A stretch of 64,000 bases of DNA. Source: an uncultured Chloroflexia bacterium. GTDB taxonomy: Bacteria > Chloroflexota > Chloroflexia > Chloroflexales > Roseiflexaceae. The notes beneath the pieces are model-generated. The model was not told where the DNA came from. It made no database searches and worked only from the letters and a program-made list of their open reading frames with translations. How positions within the stretch are numbered: the stretch's first letter is position 1; each line of letters starts with the position of its first letter. This document shows, piece after piece, positions 46,204 through 56,315 of this stretch. The stretch spans positions 176,417 through 240,416 of the forward strand of contig CAWIPL010000015.1 of the NCBI GenBank assembly GCA_963838085.1, given 5' to 3'. The translations under genes and the position numbers were made by a program.

Positions 46204-47106
46204 TTACCCCCGTTTCCAGATCAATGCGCCGTCCTCAAGTATAATTTGCGCCATGCCTTGTGTTGTCAGATAGCTGAGATGCGCTGAGACCGCCGATGTA
46301 AATACGGCGTGTTGGGAGATTCCTGCAAAAACAAGGCCAAGCGTTTGTGCCACGCGCCGACCGATAGTTGAAAGGTCGCCCGGCTCATGGAGCGCGGCCT
46401 GCACCGCCGCCGTCGAGCGCTCGATGGCAGCTACATTAGCATGCAGCACATCAGCCAATTGCTCGCGCATCGTCAAATCGCCATGACCGGGCACGAAGAA
46501 GCGTTCCTCGCGCTCAGCCAGCGTCTGGAGGCTACGGAGCTGCCCGGTAACGTCTTGCGCGTAGGGAATGCCGTGCTTCTGGAGCACCGCCGCGCCAAAG
46601 AAGCCATCGGCGGCGAAGCACACACCGTCATATATCACGCCAATCTGATTGAGGCTGTGGCCCGCGAGCGACACAACATTGAGCATGGTGTCACCGATTT
46701 CTAGCTGCGCGCCCTCGATGATGTGGTGAACTGGACTTGGTTTTGCCATGACCCACTTGTTTTGCAGCGCCTTATATGGTGCGGCACCCATGTTGAGGTA
46801 CAGCGGCTCCAATTCGGGATGCTCGATCAGCGCGGCCTCAAGCGGCGGCGCATAGACTTCCACCCCCGGCATGTTGCGCACCAGGTAGTCATTGCCGCCA
46901 ATGTGGTCGGCATGGTGATGCGTGTTGATGATCGCGCGCAGGTGCAGCCTGGCCTCGTCGAGCGCCTTGCGAATGAGCCGCCCGGTATCTTTGTCGATGC
47001 CAGTGTCAATCGCAATCGCGCCGCCATCATTGGTGACGATGATGCCCAGATTATTCGCGCCGGGAAGATAAAAGGCGCGCTCAGTGATTGATTGCAGTAA
47101 TGACAT
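46204..47106 (-). CDS. MBL-fold metallo-hydrolase
   Basis: Motif THHHADHIGG, with later His/Asp ligands. Confidence 0.85.
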   Translation of the reverse strand: MSLLQSITERAFYLPGANNLGIIVTNDGGAIAIDTGIDKDTGRLIRKALDEARLHLRAIINTHHHADHIGGNDYLVRNMPGVEVYAPPLEAALIEHPELEPLYLNMGAAPYKALQNKWVMAKPSPVHHIIEGAQLEIGDTMLNVVSLAGHSLNQIGVIYDGVCFAADGFFGAAVLQKHGIPYAQDVTGQLRSLQTLAEREERFFVPGHGDLTMREQLADVLHANVAAIERSTAAVQAALHEPGDLSTIGRRVAQTLGLVFAGISQHAVFTSAVSAHLSYLTTQGMAQIILEDGALIWKRG

Positions 47107-47117
47107 AACGATGTAAC

Positions 47118-47197
47118 CGCCGATAAATGTAGATGAACGCCGATAAGGAGAAATATACCTACTATTATCGGCGAGTATCCGCGTGTATCTGCGGGCG
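47118..47197. repeat. repeat/hairpin element in intergenic spacer
   Basis: CGCCGATAA occurs twice (20 nt apart, 47118 and 47138) and its complement TTATCGGCG once, followed by GTATCCGCG-TGTATCTGCG. Confidence 0.6.
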
Positions 47198-47204
47198 CTA
47201 AAAG

Positions 47205-47951
47205 TTAGCTTTCACCGCGTACATCTGGATTGCTCGACGTGGTGGCCGGATCGATACGCACCTTGGGATCGGTGGGGTGGGCTGGCTCGGTGTTGGCGAC
47301 TCCGGTTGAGCCGGATGGGTCAATCGGCATTGGTGCGGAGCCGGAGCCGGTGCCAGCTGATTGGTCAAGCAAATCTTGGAGCAGGTCTTTGTCGGACGGC
47401 GCGCCGCTTGCGTTCTGCGCACGCCCTTCTCCTGCCGTACCTGTGGCGAGCGACGGATCGATTGGCGCGGGGCCAGCACCAGTGTTAGCAGTCGTTTCAG
47501 CTAAACTGGCATGCGGGGCGGCACACCACTGATCGAGTCCGACGCGCACGATCCACAGCGCCACGAGCGCGCCAATCGCGGCCGGGTTGATAAACGATGC
47601 GCCGATGCCGAGCGCCGTCAGAACATACGGCACGAGCGACTTGACCTGATCGGCTAGCGCGAGTCCGCCAATCGTGCCGCGATATTCGTCCTTCAAGCGG
47701 CCCTTTTCTGGATCGCAGATTTCCTTGTGGATCGCATCGGCGTAGAAGGCGATGAAGCGCTGCGCCGCCGAGCCGCCCGCTGCTTCGCCGCCGAGCCATG
47801 GATGGGCGTCGCCTGCTCCAAGCACAGCGGCATGACCCGAGGTCTGTTGCTTGAGTTCGGCATCGAGGCGCTCCAGAATCTGGGCTTCGCTGGCATGCTC
47901 AAGCCCTTCGCCAAGTACCTGGTCAACAGTCTGGTCGATGTCGTTCGGCAT
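47205..47951 (-). CDS. hypothetical protein (one central hydrophobic segment, low-complexity C-terminus)
   Basis: 248-aa ORF in the codon-consistent frame. No motif recognised. Confidence 0.45.
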   Translation of the reverse strand: MPNDIDQTVDQVLGEGLEHASEAQILERLDAELKQQTSGHAAVLGAGDAHPWLGGEAAGGSAAQRFIAFYADAIHKEICDPEKGRLKDEYRGTIGGLALADQVKSLVPYVLTALGIGASFINPAAIGALVALWIVRVGLDQWCAAPHASLAETTANTGAGPAPIDPSLATGTAGEGRAQNASGAPSDKDLLQDLLDQSAGTGSGSAPMPIDPSGSTGVANTEPAHPTDPKVRIDPATTSSNPDVRGES

Positions 47952-48022
47952 AGTTCGCTCTCCTTGAAAATTGCTGCTGATGGAGATTTTACAGGGATAA
48001 TGGCACGATTATAGCACGAGCG

Positions 48023-48370
48023 TCAATGCGAGTAATCGAGGAACAAGCGCGGCATTTCTTCCCATGCTATCTGTTCCACATGGTCTGCTAGCAGCGCACG
48101 CAAGACGGCAATGTAGTCGCGGATGGCAGCGATGGGAAGCCCGGCATGCTCATCGGGGAGCGGCGCAAGCAGCCGCGCCGCACTGGCAAGGTTATGGCGC
48201 GGTCCACTTGTTAACCCGAGGCGTAGCTGGTTCAGTGCGTTGCAGAGTTGGATCATGGCGCGAAGTACATCGCTGCGCTCGGTATGCCACTGCTGTTCGA
48301 AAAGCAGCAAGGCATCGCGATACTCTTCCGCGTTGAAGTGGGCCATGGCGGCAGCAATGTAATTTGACAT
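48023..48370 (-). CDS. DUF309-like protein
   Basis: ATG at 48370. FNAEEYRDALLLFEQQWH…AMIQLCNALNQLRLG matches the DUF309 helical pattern. Confidence 0.55.
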   Translation of the reverse strand: MSNYIAAAMAHFNAEEYRDALLLFEQQWHTERSDVLRAMIQLCNALNQLRLGLTSGPRHNLASAARLLAPLPDEHAGLPIAAIRDYIAVLRALLADHVEQIAWEEMPRLFLDYSH

Positions 48371-48401
48371 AAAATCTTGTAAAGGCAGCGGGCAATAATG
48401 T

Positions 48402-48761
48402 TTATGGTCTTTCGTCAATCGAGCGCTCTCGCTCCTCGGTCTTCTCGCGCATGGCATCCCGGAACTTATTGTGCTGCTGCAGTTCTTCGCCGCTGCGCCA
48501 TGCCAGCACAAGTGATGCAAGCGCGCCGAGGAACAGCGCCGCCGTGACCGCCATCAGCGCCCACGCGAGCGGTCCGATGCCCATGCCCGCTGCCAACGCG
48601 ATGTTATAGCCCGTCAGCAGCAGCACTGCGCCTGCCGCAAGCATGAATGCGCGGCGGCGGTGGGGCTGCGTGGACGCCCGGCGGGCCTGCGCCCATAGTA
48701 ACCCAGCGATGACCATGCCGATGATAATTCTAATAATGTCACTCATGTATTTTTCTGACAT
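48402..48761 (-). CDS. small membrane protein (3 TM)
   Basis: 119-aa ORF with three hydrophobic helices and a charged tail. Confidence 0.5.
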   Translation of the reverse strand: MSEKYMSDIIRIIIGMVIAGLLWAQARRASTQPHRRRAFMLAAGAVLLLTGYNIALAAGMGIGPLAWALMAVTAALFLGALASLVLAWRSGEELQQHNKFRDAMREKTEERERSIDERP

Positions 48762-48764
48762 GAT

Positions 48765-48828
48765 GATACGATGACAAGATGAGGCAAAAGCCAGCAGATT
48801 ATCCTGTCATCGTGTCACCTTGTCATCG
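48765..48828. repeat. heptamer-repeat hairpin between metG stop and next gene start
   Basis: GATGATA-CGATGAC-AAGATGA-GG, a spacer of about 20 nt, then CCTGTCA-TCGTGTC-ACCTTGT-CATCGTG. The ACGATGACAAG/CTTGTCATCGT stem is 11 bp. Confidence 0.65.
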
Positions 48829-48830
48829 TG

Positions 48831-50606
48831 TTAAACTCCCGCCTTCTCTCGCAGCCGCGCCAGTTCCTCCTCCGCCACGGCCTCGTCCAGCTTGCGGAAC
48901 AGCGGCGTAGGTGCCTGGAGCACCTGCCCGACCGGAAGCTGGCTCGGCTTCCAGCCGCCTGTCGTGACGTAGTCGCCGGTCAGCACCTGCCGCGGCGTGC
49001 CGTCGGGCGCTTCGGCCTCCTCGATGTGTGGCTGTGGCGCGAGCACGCCTTCATAGCCAAGCAGTTCATGCAGGCGCTGGCTGCTCCATGGCAGGAACGG
49101 ACTAAACAGCGTCTTGAGATTGTCGATCACCCGCAGACCGGTGTAGATCACGGCTGCCGCGCGTTCGCGGTCATTCTTGACCAATTTCCATGGCTCCTGC
49201 TCGCTGATGTACTGGTTGGCGCGCTGCGCCAGTGCCAGCGTCTCGCTGAGCGCGGCTTTGAGTTTCACCGCGTCGAGCAATGCGCCGATGCGCTCGAATG
49301 CTTCTTCGGCGGCGGCGAGCAGCTGCCGGTCGCTTTCCTGCAGCTCGCCCGGCTCCGGCACCTCGCCGAAGTTCTTGTGAGCGATGTTCAGCACGCGGTT
49401 GGCGAGATTGCCCCATGTCGCCACAAGCTCGTCATTGTTGCGCCGCACGAAATCGGACCATGACCAATTCGCGTCGCGGCCTTCCGGTGCGTTCGCAGCC
49501 AGGTAGAAGCGCAACTGGTCTGGCTGGTAGCGGGTTTCCAGATCCGGCATCCAGAGCGCCCAGTTACGGCTGGTGCTCATCTTGTCGCCTTCCAGGTTCA
49601 GGAACTCGTTGGCAGGCACGTCGTACGGCAGCACGCGGTCGCCATAACCGAGCAGCATGGCCGGCCAGATGATCGTGTGGAACGGAATGTTGTCCTTGCC
49701 AATAAAGTAGTACGAGCGCGCGGGCGACGTGCCATCTGGATTACACACCCACCAATCGCGCCATGCCTCCGGCTGGCCGGTGCGCTTGGCCCACTCGATC
49801 GAGGCCGAGTAATAGCCAATCACCGCGTCGAACCAGACGTAAATGCGCTTGTCCTCGAACGCCGGATCATCCACCGGCACCGGAATGCCCCACTCAAGGT
49901 CGCGGGTGATCGCCCGCCCGCGCAGGCCGTCGCGCAGCCAGTTTTCGGTGAACACCACCGTATTTTGCCGCCAGTAATCGCGGTTCACGCTATTGAGCCA
50001 GTCGCGCAAACCCGGCTCCAACTTCGCGAGATCGAGGAAGAAGTGCTCGGTCTCGCGGAACGTCACCGGCGCGCCGTCCAGCGTGGAGTGCGGATCGCCA
50101 AGTTCCCATGGGTCGCGCAACTGGCCGCAATTGTCGCATTGGTCGCCCCGTGCGCGGGTGAAGCCACAGTTCGGGCACACGCCCTCCACGAAGCGGTCGG
50201 GCAGGAAGCGGCCCAGCGTTTCGGAGTACGAGCCGGTCATGGTTTCCGTGTACAGATAGCCGCGCTCCAGCAGCCGCAGAAAGATATCAGTCGTCACCTC
50301 GTAATGGTTTTTGGTGTACGTCTGAGTAAACAGGTCAAATGTGATGCCGAGCGTCTCGAACGTCTTCAAAAACAGTGGATGAAAGCGCTTGATAACCTCT
50401 TGCGGCGTAATGCCCTCACGCTCGGCCAACAGCGTAATCGGTGTGCCGTGGCAGTCCGACCCGGACACCATGAGCACGCGATTGCCTTTCAAGCGTTGGT
50501 AGCGAGCAAAAATGTCGGCGGGCAGGTACGCACCGGCGATGTGGCCGACATGAAACGGGCCGTTGGCGTAGGGCCAGGCTACCGAGACTAAAATATTTCC
50601 AGGCAT
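48831..50606 (-). CDS. metG: methionine--tRNA ligase
   Basis: ATG at 50606 after a GGAGG. HIGH-type motif (GPFHVGHIAG), KMSKS-type motif (GDKMSTSRNW), and the zinc knuckle CPNCG…CDNCG. Confidence 0.95.
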   Translation of the reverse strand: MPGNILVSVAWPYANGPFHVGHIAGAYLPADIFARYQRLKGNRVLMVSGSDCHGTPITLLAEREGITPQEVIKRFHPLFLKTFETLGITFDLFTQTYTKNHYEVTTDIFLRLLERGYLYTETMTGSYSETLGRFLPDRFVEGVCPNCGFTRARGDQCDNCGQLRDPWELGDPHSTLDGAPVTFRETEHFFLDLAKLEPGLRDWLNSVNRDYWRQNTVVFTENWLRDGLRGRAITRDLEWGIPVPVDDPAFEDKRIYVWFDAVIGYYSASIEWAKRTGQPEAWRDWWVCNPDGTSPARSYYFIGKDNIPFHTIIWPAMLLGYGDRVLPYDVPANEFLNLEGDKMSTSRNWALWMPDLETRYQPDQLRFYLAANAPEGRDANWSWSDFVRRNNDELVATWGNLANRVLNIAHKNFGEVPEPGELQESDRQLLAAAEEAFERIGALLDAVKLKAALSETLALAQRANQYISEQEPWKLVKNDRERAAAVIYTGLRVIDNLKTLFSPFLPWSSQRLHELLGYEGVLAPQPHIEEAEAPDGTPRQVLTGDYVTTGGWKPSQLPVGQVLQAPTPLFRKLDEAVAEEELARLREKAGV

Positions 50607-51130
50607 GAATGCCTCCAATTAACTATTCAACAGGCGATACAACGTGGTTATGCCACCAATCATGTATCACAAAGAACCAGGAATTGGCGAAAAATGCGAA
50701 CAACAAAGTTGTTGGCAGTATAGCTGCATAGAGCATACCACGTTTTTGCGTGGCATCCGCGCTCATGGGCAGGGAAGAAGAAACTGGGGAGATAGGTATG
50801 GCGGGCTAGGCCGCCATGAAGCCGCAGGTGGTCAGGAGCAGACCGGCCCAATGCCAGTGGCATGCCACATGAAGGCTGCGCGGCGTACTGAATGAGACGC
50901 GCGCGATGTTAAATTGTGGCTGCTGATCGAACACGGCCTTGTCCTCTGCATTTACTATGTATGAGCCATGATAGCACGAAGCATGGCGTAGCGTCAATGC
51001 GACCGCAGACCGACATGCGAACAACAGAATTATCGCTGTGCTTCTCAGACTTTGGTCTATCGTCAGGTTGCGTAGGATATGGTATTATTATGATGAATTG
51101 GATACGTCTTTATACTGGCTGGAGGAATGT

Positions 51131-51496
51131 ATGCGGCAACGAGTAGCTGCATTTGGTCAACGGACATCGGCGCTACGCAATCGCTTTCGTCCGTCCGAGC
51201 GTCGAGCAAATCAGTTGTGGAAAGCACTCATCGTTTTTGCTATTCTGCTGCCTCTTGTGTCAATGGCATGGGAAATGGCTCGCCAAAGCCCAATCTCAGT
51301 GATTGTATTTGCGCTGATTGTTATCACCTGGGGTGCTGTGATGTGGTGGGGCTGGCGGCAAGGCAATTCTGGCGGCTCCGCGCCAAACGCATCGAGCATG
51401 GCCGCGCAACCGCCGGCGGCTACGCAGCAGCCACCACAACGACCCACACAAACGGATGCGCGCAAGACGAGTGGCCGTCAGGCTGGACGTAAATAA
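51131..51496 (+). CDS. small membrane protein
   Basis: ATG at 51131 after a GGAGGA. Two TM helices and a Pro/Gln-rich tail. Confidence 0.5.
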   Translation: MRQRVAAFGQRTSALRNRFRPSERRANQLWKALIVFAILLPLVSMAWEMARQSPISVIVFALIVITWGAVMWWGWRQGNSGGSAPNASSMAAQPPAATQQPPQRPTQTDARKTSGRQAGRK

Positions 51497-51524
51497 CGTT
51501 GGGTAGTGGATGTTCAAGGAGGTC

Positions 51525-51881
51525 ATGGCTATGGACATTGCGCACAAACGCTTCAATCGGGCGGATTTACTCACGCTCAAAGGAAGGCTGGATGCTGCTT
51601 CTGCGCCACAGCTCAAGCAGCATATTGAATCGCTGTTCGAGCAGGGGCGCTACCGCATTGTGTTGGACATGGCCGAGCTTGAATACCTCGCCAGCCCTGG
51701 CCTACGTGTGCTGATCGAGGCACGCAAGCGCGCGCGTGATTGGAAAATTACCGATCTTGAAGGCGGCGATGTGCGTATTGCCAGTATGCCGCCGCGCATC
51801 AAAGAGGTTTTTGATTTAACAGGGTTTACTGCGTTGTTTGAAACATATCCTGATGTGACCGAGGCAATCGGTAGCTTCTAG
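51525..51881 (+). CDS. STAS-domain anti-sigma-factor antagonist (SpoIIAA/RsbV-like)
   Basis: ATG follows AGGAGG. …LTLKGRLDAASAPQLKQHI…VLDMAELEYLASPGLRVLI…VFDLTGF…. Confidence 0.8.
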   Translation: MAMDIAHKRFNRADLLTLKGRLDAASAPQLKQHIESLFEQGRYRIVLDMAELEYLASPGLRVLIEARKRARDWKITDLEGGDVRIASMPPRIKEVFDLTGFTALFETYPDVTEAIGSF

Positions 51882-51904
51882 GTCTTTATGCGGCGCGCAC
51901 GTGG

Positions 51905-52694
51905 ATGAGCATGCATTTGGTGTATTCGCGAAAAGCAGCAGATAATCAGGCTACTGAGGTGCTGACAGTGCCTGCGACGCTTGAACTCGTTGGCGCATAT
52001 CAGCGCATTTATTGCGGGCGCGACGGCGCAGGCTGGCCTGGATGAACATACCGCCTGGCAGGTGGAGCTTGCGATTGATGAAGCGGCGACCAACATCATT
52101 GAGCATGCCTATCACCCAAGCGCGCCGGGTGCCATTAAGCTGACATGGCAGCTTTCAATTGATGAGTTGATCATCACGCTCCACGATTGGGGGCGGCGTT
52201 TCGATCCGGACACTGTTCCTACGCCAAACGTGGAATCCTCGCTTGATGATCGTCAGGCTGGTGGGCTGGGCATCTTCTTGATGAATAAACTCATGGACAC
52301 GGTGCGCTACGAATTCGATGAGCAGCATGGCAATGTGCTGACCATGACCAAGCACATCAACCGCTCGGGTGAAGCGCCGCAGGTGTTTGCCTTAAACGGT
52401 CGTCTGGATGCATCAAGCACCGATCAGGAGTTGGAGCGGGTGCGCACCGCGATTGACGGCGGTCTACGGCATATTTTGCTCGACATGGCCGAGGTATCGT
52501 TCATGAGCAGCAGTGGCTTGCGGGCGTTGTTGTTGCTGCGTAAAAATGTGCTGGCGCACAACGGTGTGCTGCGGCTCTGCGCTTTGCAGCCACAGGTGCT
52601 TGAAGTGTTCTCGATTACCGGTTTTACACAAGTGTTCGCAATTCACCGCACGCGCGAGGATGCGCTGGGTGCCTTTGGGCAGGGCGCGCCGTGA
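51905..52694 (+). pseudogene. fused RsbW/SpoIIAB-like anti-sigma kinase + STAS domain protein, N-terminal frame disruption as sequenced
   Basis: ORF 51981..52694 has the HATPase core (IDEAATNIIEHAY…GGLGIFLM) followed by a full STAS domain. The missing first strand (…ATEVLTVPATLE) is encoded just upstream, from ATG 51905/51911, in another frame. The frames join at about 51978-51985. Confidence 0.65.
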
Positions 52695-55682
52695 GTCGTG
52701 AGCTTCGGCTAATTGTCTACTGCCTGGTTGTTGGGCTGCTCGGCTGGTTGTGGCTTCTCAGCAGCACTTCCGGCATTGTCGTAACACCAATTCTGGTGTT
52801 TTTTCTTTTTGTGGCGCTGTTGATCGAGAGCGCTGGCTTTCGTGTGCCGCCCGCCGACCCGCATAGTCTGGTCGGCATCGTGTTGCTGTCGGCCGCCATT
52901 GTGTTTGGTCCGCAGAGTGGTGCGCTGGTCGCCGCGCTGTCGGGCTTAATCTTTGGTGCTGTCGCGCCCTTAGTTTATGGACGAGCGCGAACCGTTTACT
53001 TATTGGTGGCGCGTCCGTTTCTTCGCAGCGGCGTGCGCGCGATTGCAATCCTTGCCGGGGCGGTGCTGGCGGATGCGCTGCTTGGCATGGCGGCGAGCGG
53101 CCTGGCGCGCTTTGCAATCGAGGCGGTGTGCTTTGCGCTGGTGATTCAGTCAGCGCGGGCTGTACGCGAATATTTGCAGGGTGGCTTGAGCGGTCTAATG
53201 ACATGGTGGCGCTCCGCATGGCAGCCCATGCTTAGCGCCGAGGTCGCGCCATTGCCGCTTGCATGGCTTGGCGCGGCAATTTATCAGCAGCTTGGCGTCG
53301 CATATTTTGTGTTAGCAAGCGTGGCGCTGCTTGCGGGCAGTGTCAGCGTGCGGCGCGCGTCACGGCGGGTGCAGTTGCAGCGCCGCTCGGTACGTGAGCT
53401 TGGGTTGCTGAATCAAACCAGTCGGGCGATCAACCGCGCTGCCATGGACGTAGAAGCGCTATGTGATCTCATCTATCGCGAAACATCCAAAATCGTTGAC
53501 ACGTCATCATTTCATCTAGGGCTGTTTGCGCCCAGCGGCGATGCGTATACGTTGGTGGTGCGCGTGCAAGACCGCGTGCGCATGCCGCCGCTGACGGTGC
53601 AGCTTCCGGCGGGTGATGGCATTATCGGCTGGATGCGGACCACCGGCCATTCGCTGCTGGTGGAAGATTTTGCGGTGGAGATGAACCAGTTGCCTGCCCG
53701 GCCGCGCTACCAGAGTGATCGTCCGCCGCGTTCCGGCATATATGTGCCGCTGCTGGTTGGTGATGATGTGATCGGCACGATTTCGATCCAGAGCTACCGG
53801 CTGCGCACTTTCTCTACTGATGATCTGCGGCTGCTGTCGCTGATTGCCGACCAGGCGGCGGTGGCAATCTCCAAGGCCCGCACCTACGATAGCGCGCAAC
53901 AGCGAGCCGTGCAGCTTTCTGCGATTCTGTGAAGTGGGCGAGCGAATCACCGCCATCTTGGAAATTGACCGTCTTCTGCCCTCCGTGGTACACCTCATCC
54001 GCGAACGATTTGGGTACCATCCTGTGCATATTTTTCTGCAAGAGCCAAATGGCCGCCTTGTGTTCCGTGCCAGCACGGTCAGCCCCGCGAGCTTACAGCG
54101 GTTCAATGACTGGACGTTGCGTCCGGGTGATGGACTGGTTGGCGTGGCGGCGCAGGATGGTCAACCGATCCTGGTCAATGATGTGCGTGCCGATCCGCGC
54201 TACATCAGCGATGAGCGCAACACGCGCTCCGAGATGGCTGTGCCGCTGCGCTTCGGGAATGAAAATCTGGGCGTGCTCGATGTGCAGAGTGATTTGCCAA
54301 ACCGCTTCACCGATGCTGACTTGTTTGTCATGCAAACGCTGGCAGGGCAGATCGCGGTGGCAATCGAGAGTGCGCGGGCTTTCACTGCACAACGCGAAGA
54401 AGCATGGACGATCAATGTGCTGTTGCAGGTGGCGGAAAATCTGGCGCAGGCTTCGTCACTTGGCGAACTATTATTGACTATTGTGCGTTTGCCGCCGCTG
54501 CTGCTTGGTTGTGATCGCTGCTATTGTCTGGCATGGAACCGCACTCAGGGCGGCTTTGTGCCTCTGGAAGTGTACGGCCTGAACCCTGAGCAGCGCATTG
54601 AATTCATCGGGCGACGCATCCAGGAAGACGCGGTGCCGCCACTGGCAGAGGCACGGCGCACGCTTGCACCGGTGACACTCCGCGAAACAGCGCGGCCCGC
54701 GATCTTTCCGGTGCTGACTGCTCCAACTGCGGATGGCGTGATCCTGGTCCAGCCGCTCACCGCGCGCGGGGCAGTGTTGGGCATGCTGGTTGCTGAACAT
54801 GACGGTGTGACGGCGCTCAGCGCGCGGGCGCTCACGTTGTACACCGGTGTCGCCAATCAGGTGGCGGGGGCATTAGAAAGCGCGCTGTTGGCGCAGGAAG
54901 CCGCCGAAGCCTCGCGCCTGGAAGAAGAGTTGCGGGTCGCCCGTGACATTCAAACGGCGTTGCTGCCCGCCCACGTGCCTGTCCTGCCCGGCTGGGATGT
55001 CGCCGCCGATTGGCGCTCGGCGCGGCTGGTTGGCGGTGACTTCTACGATTTTTGGCGGCTGCCGATTACCCGTAGCGTTGGCTCATCCAATCTTGACGCG
55101 CCGCCATTTGGCTTTGTAATCGCTGATGTCAGCGACAAAGGTGTGCCTGCCGCGCTGTTCATGGCTTTGTCGCGCAGCCTGGTGCGGGCCGCCGCGCTCG
55201 ATGGCTCGCCGCCGGGCGTGGCGCTGAGCAAAGCAAATCGCTGGATCAGCCGCGACACTGACTTGTCCATGTTCGTCACGCTGTTCTACGGCGTGCTCGA
55301 TCCTGAGCGCGGTGTGTTGCGCTATGCGTGTGGCGGCCACAATCCGCCGCTGCTCATGCGCGCCGCCAATGGCGATGTGACGCCGCTGACTACGCCCGGC
55401 ATCGCGCTTGGCGTGCTGGACGAGGCGACGATTGGCGAGGCTGAGGTTGAGATACAGCCGGGCGATGTATTAGTCTGCTACACCGACGGCGTGACCGAAG
55501 CAATTGACGCTGACGAGCAGCCGTTCGATGTGGTACGGCTGATCGAGGTGGTAGCGCGCCACCGCACCCGCAGCGCCGCCGACATCGTCAACGCGATTGT
55601 TGTTGCATTGCAAGCCTTCACCGCCGACCGCCCGCCGTTCGATGACATTACATTAGTGATCATCAAGCGGGTGGATCACTGA
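52691..55682 (+). pseudogene. membrane-anchored multi-GAF PP2C (SpoIIE/RsbU-like) phosphatase, one frame disruption as sequenced
   Basis: ORF 52691..53932 (TM region plus GAF) and ORF 53844..55682 (GAF, GAF, PP2C: GGDFYDF…IADVSDKGVPAALFM…YTDGVTEA) join as …QRAVQLSAI / REVGERITAILEID… if one T is removed at about 53924-53930. Confidence 0.8.
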
Positions 55683-55757
55683 GCTTTGGCATGAACCAGG
55701 CGGCCTGTACCCGAACTGCTGTGCTATACTATACATGCGATACAAGAGGAGGTTCGG

Positions 55758-56309
55758 GTGCATCTCATCAAGAAATACGCCAATCGTAAGCTGTATCATA
55801 CCAACCGCAAGCAATACATCACTCTTGATGGGATTGGTGAATTGATTCAGCATGGCGAAGAAGTACGCGTTATCGATAACGAAAGCAGCGAAGATATCAC
55901 TGCGTCAATTCTCGCGCAGGTTGTTTTGCAGGCGCGCGGGCGCAAAAGCGCATTGCCGACACATCTACTGACCGACATGATCCAGGCCGGCAGTGGTCGC
56001 CTGGCAGGTCTCAGCCGCTCAGTATGGACGGTGTTCGGCGGCATGTCGCCGGTAGATGATGAAATCATGCAGCGTATTCAGCATCTCCAGGACGAAGGCA
56101 CGATTGACGCCACCGAAGCGGCGCGCATGCAGCGGCTGCTGATCGTCCGTCAGGCAGAGCATGAAGCGAACGGCAGCTTTGCAACCATTCCCAGCGCGAG
56201 TGATATTGCGCGGCTCACTGCGCAGGTTGATGCGCTGACTAGCATGGTCGAGCAACTATTAGCCGAGCGTGCCGCTAACACCACCAAGCAGCCTGGAACG
56301 GAAGCGTAG
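55758..56309 (+). CDS. PhaR-like protein (PHA-accumulation regulator DNA-binding domain)
   Basis: GTG start after AGGAGG. IKKYANRKLYHTNRKQYITLDGIGELIQHGEEVRVIDNESSEDITASILAQVV matches the PHB_acc_N pattern. Confidence 0.7.
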   Translation: MHLIKKYANRKLYHTNRKQYITLDGIGELIQHGEEVRVIDNESSEDITASILAQVVLQARGRKSALPTHLLTDMIQAGSGRLAGLSRSVWTVFGGMSPVDDEIMQRIQHLQDEGTIDATEAARMQRLLIVRQAEHEANGSFATIPSASDIARLTAQVDALTSMVEQLLAERAANTTKQPGTEA

Positions 56310-56315
56310 CAGCAC

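Noticed and set aside
49677-50591. 304-aa plus-strand ORF opposite metG, plus 48828..49463
   Set aside because: These are shadow ORFs inside metG, whose identity is unambiguous.
50607-50760. T-box riboswitch leader for metG
   Set aside because: There is only a weak GGTGGCATAACCACG resemblance to the T-box sequence. I found no clear Stem I or specifier AUG context and no convincing terminator or sequestrator.
50800-50880. SRP (4.5S) RNA because of GGTCAGGAGCAGACCGG
   Set aside because: It lacks the conserved GGAA tetraloop and the AGCAGCC symmetric-loop sequence, and no long closing helix is present.
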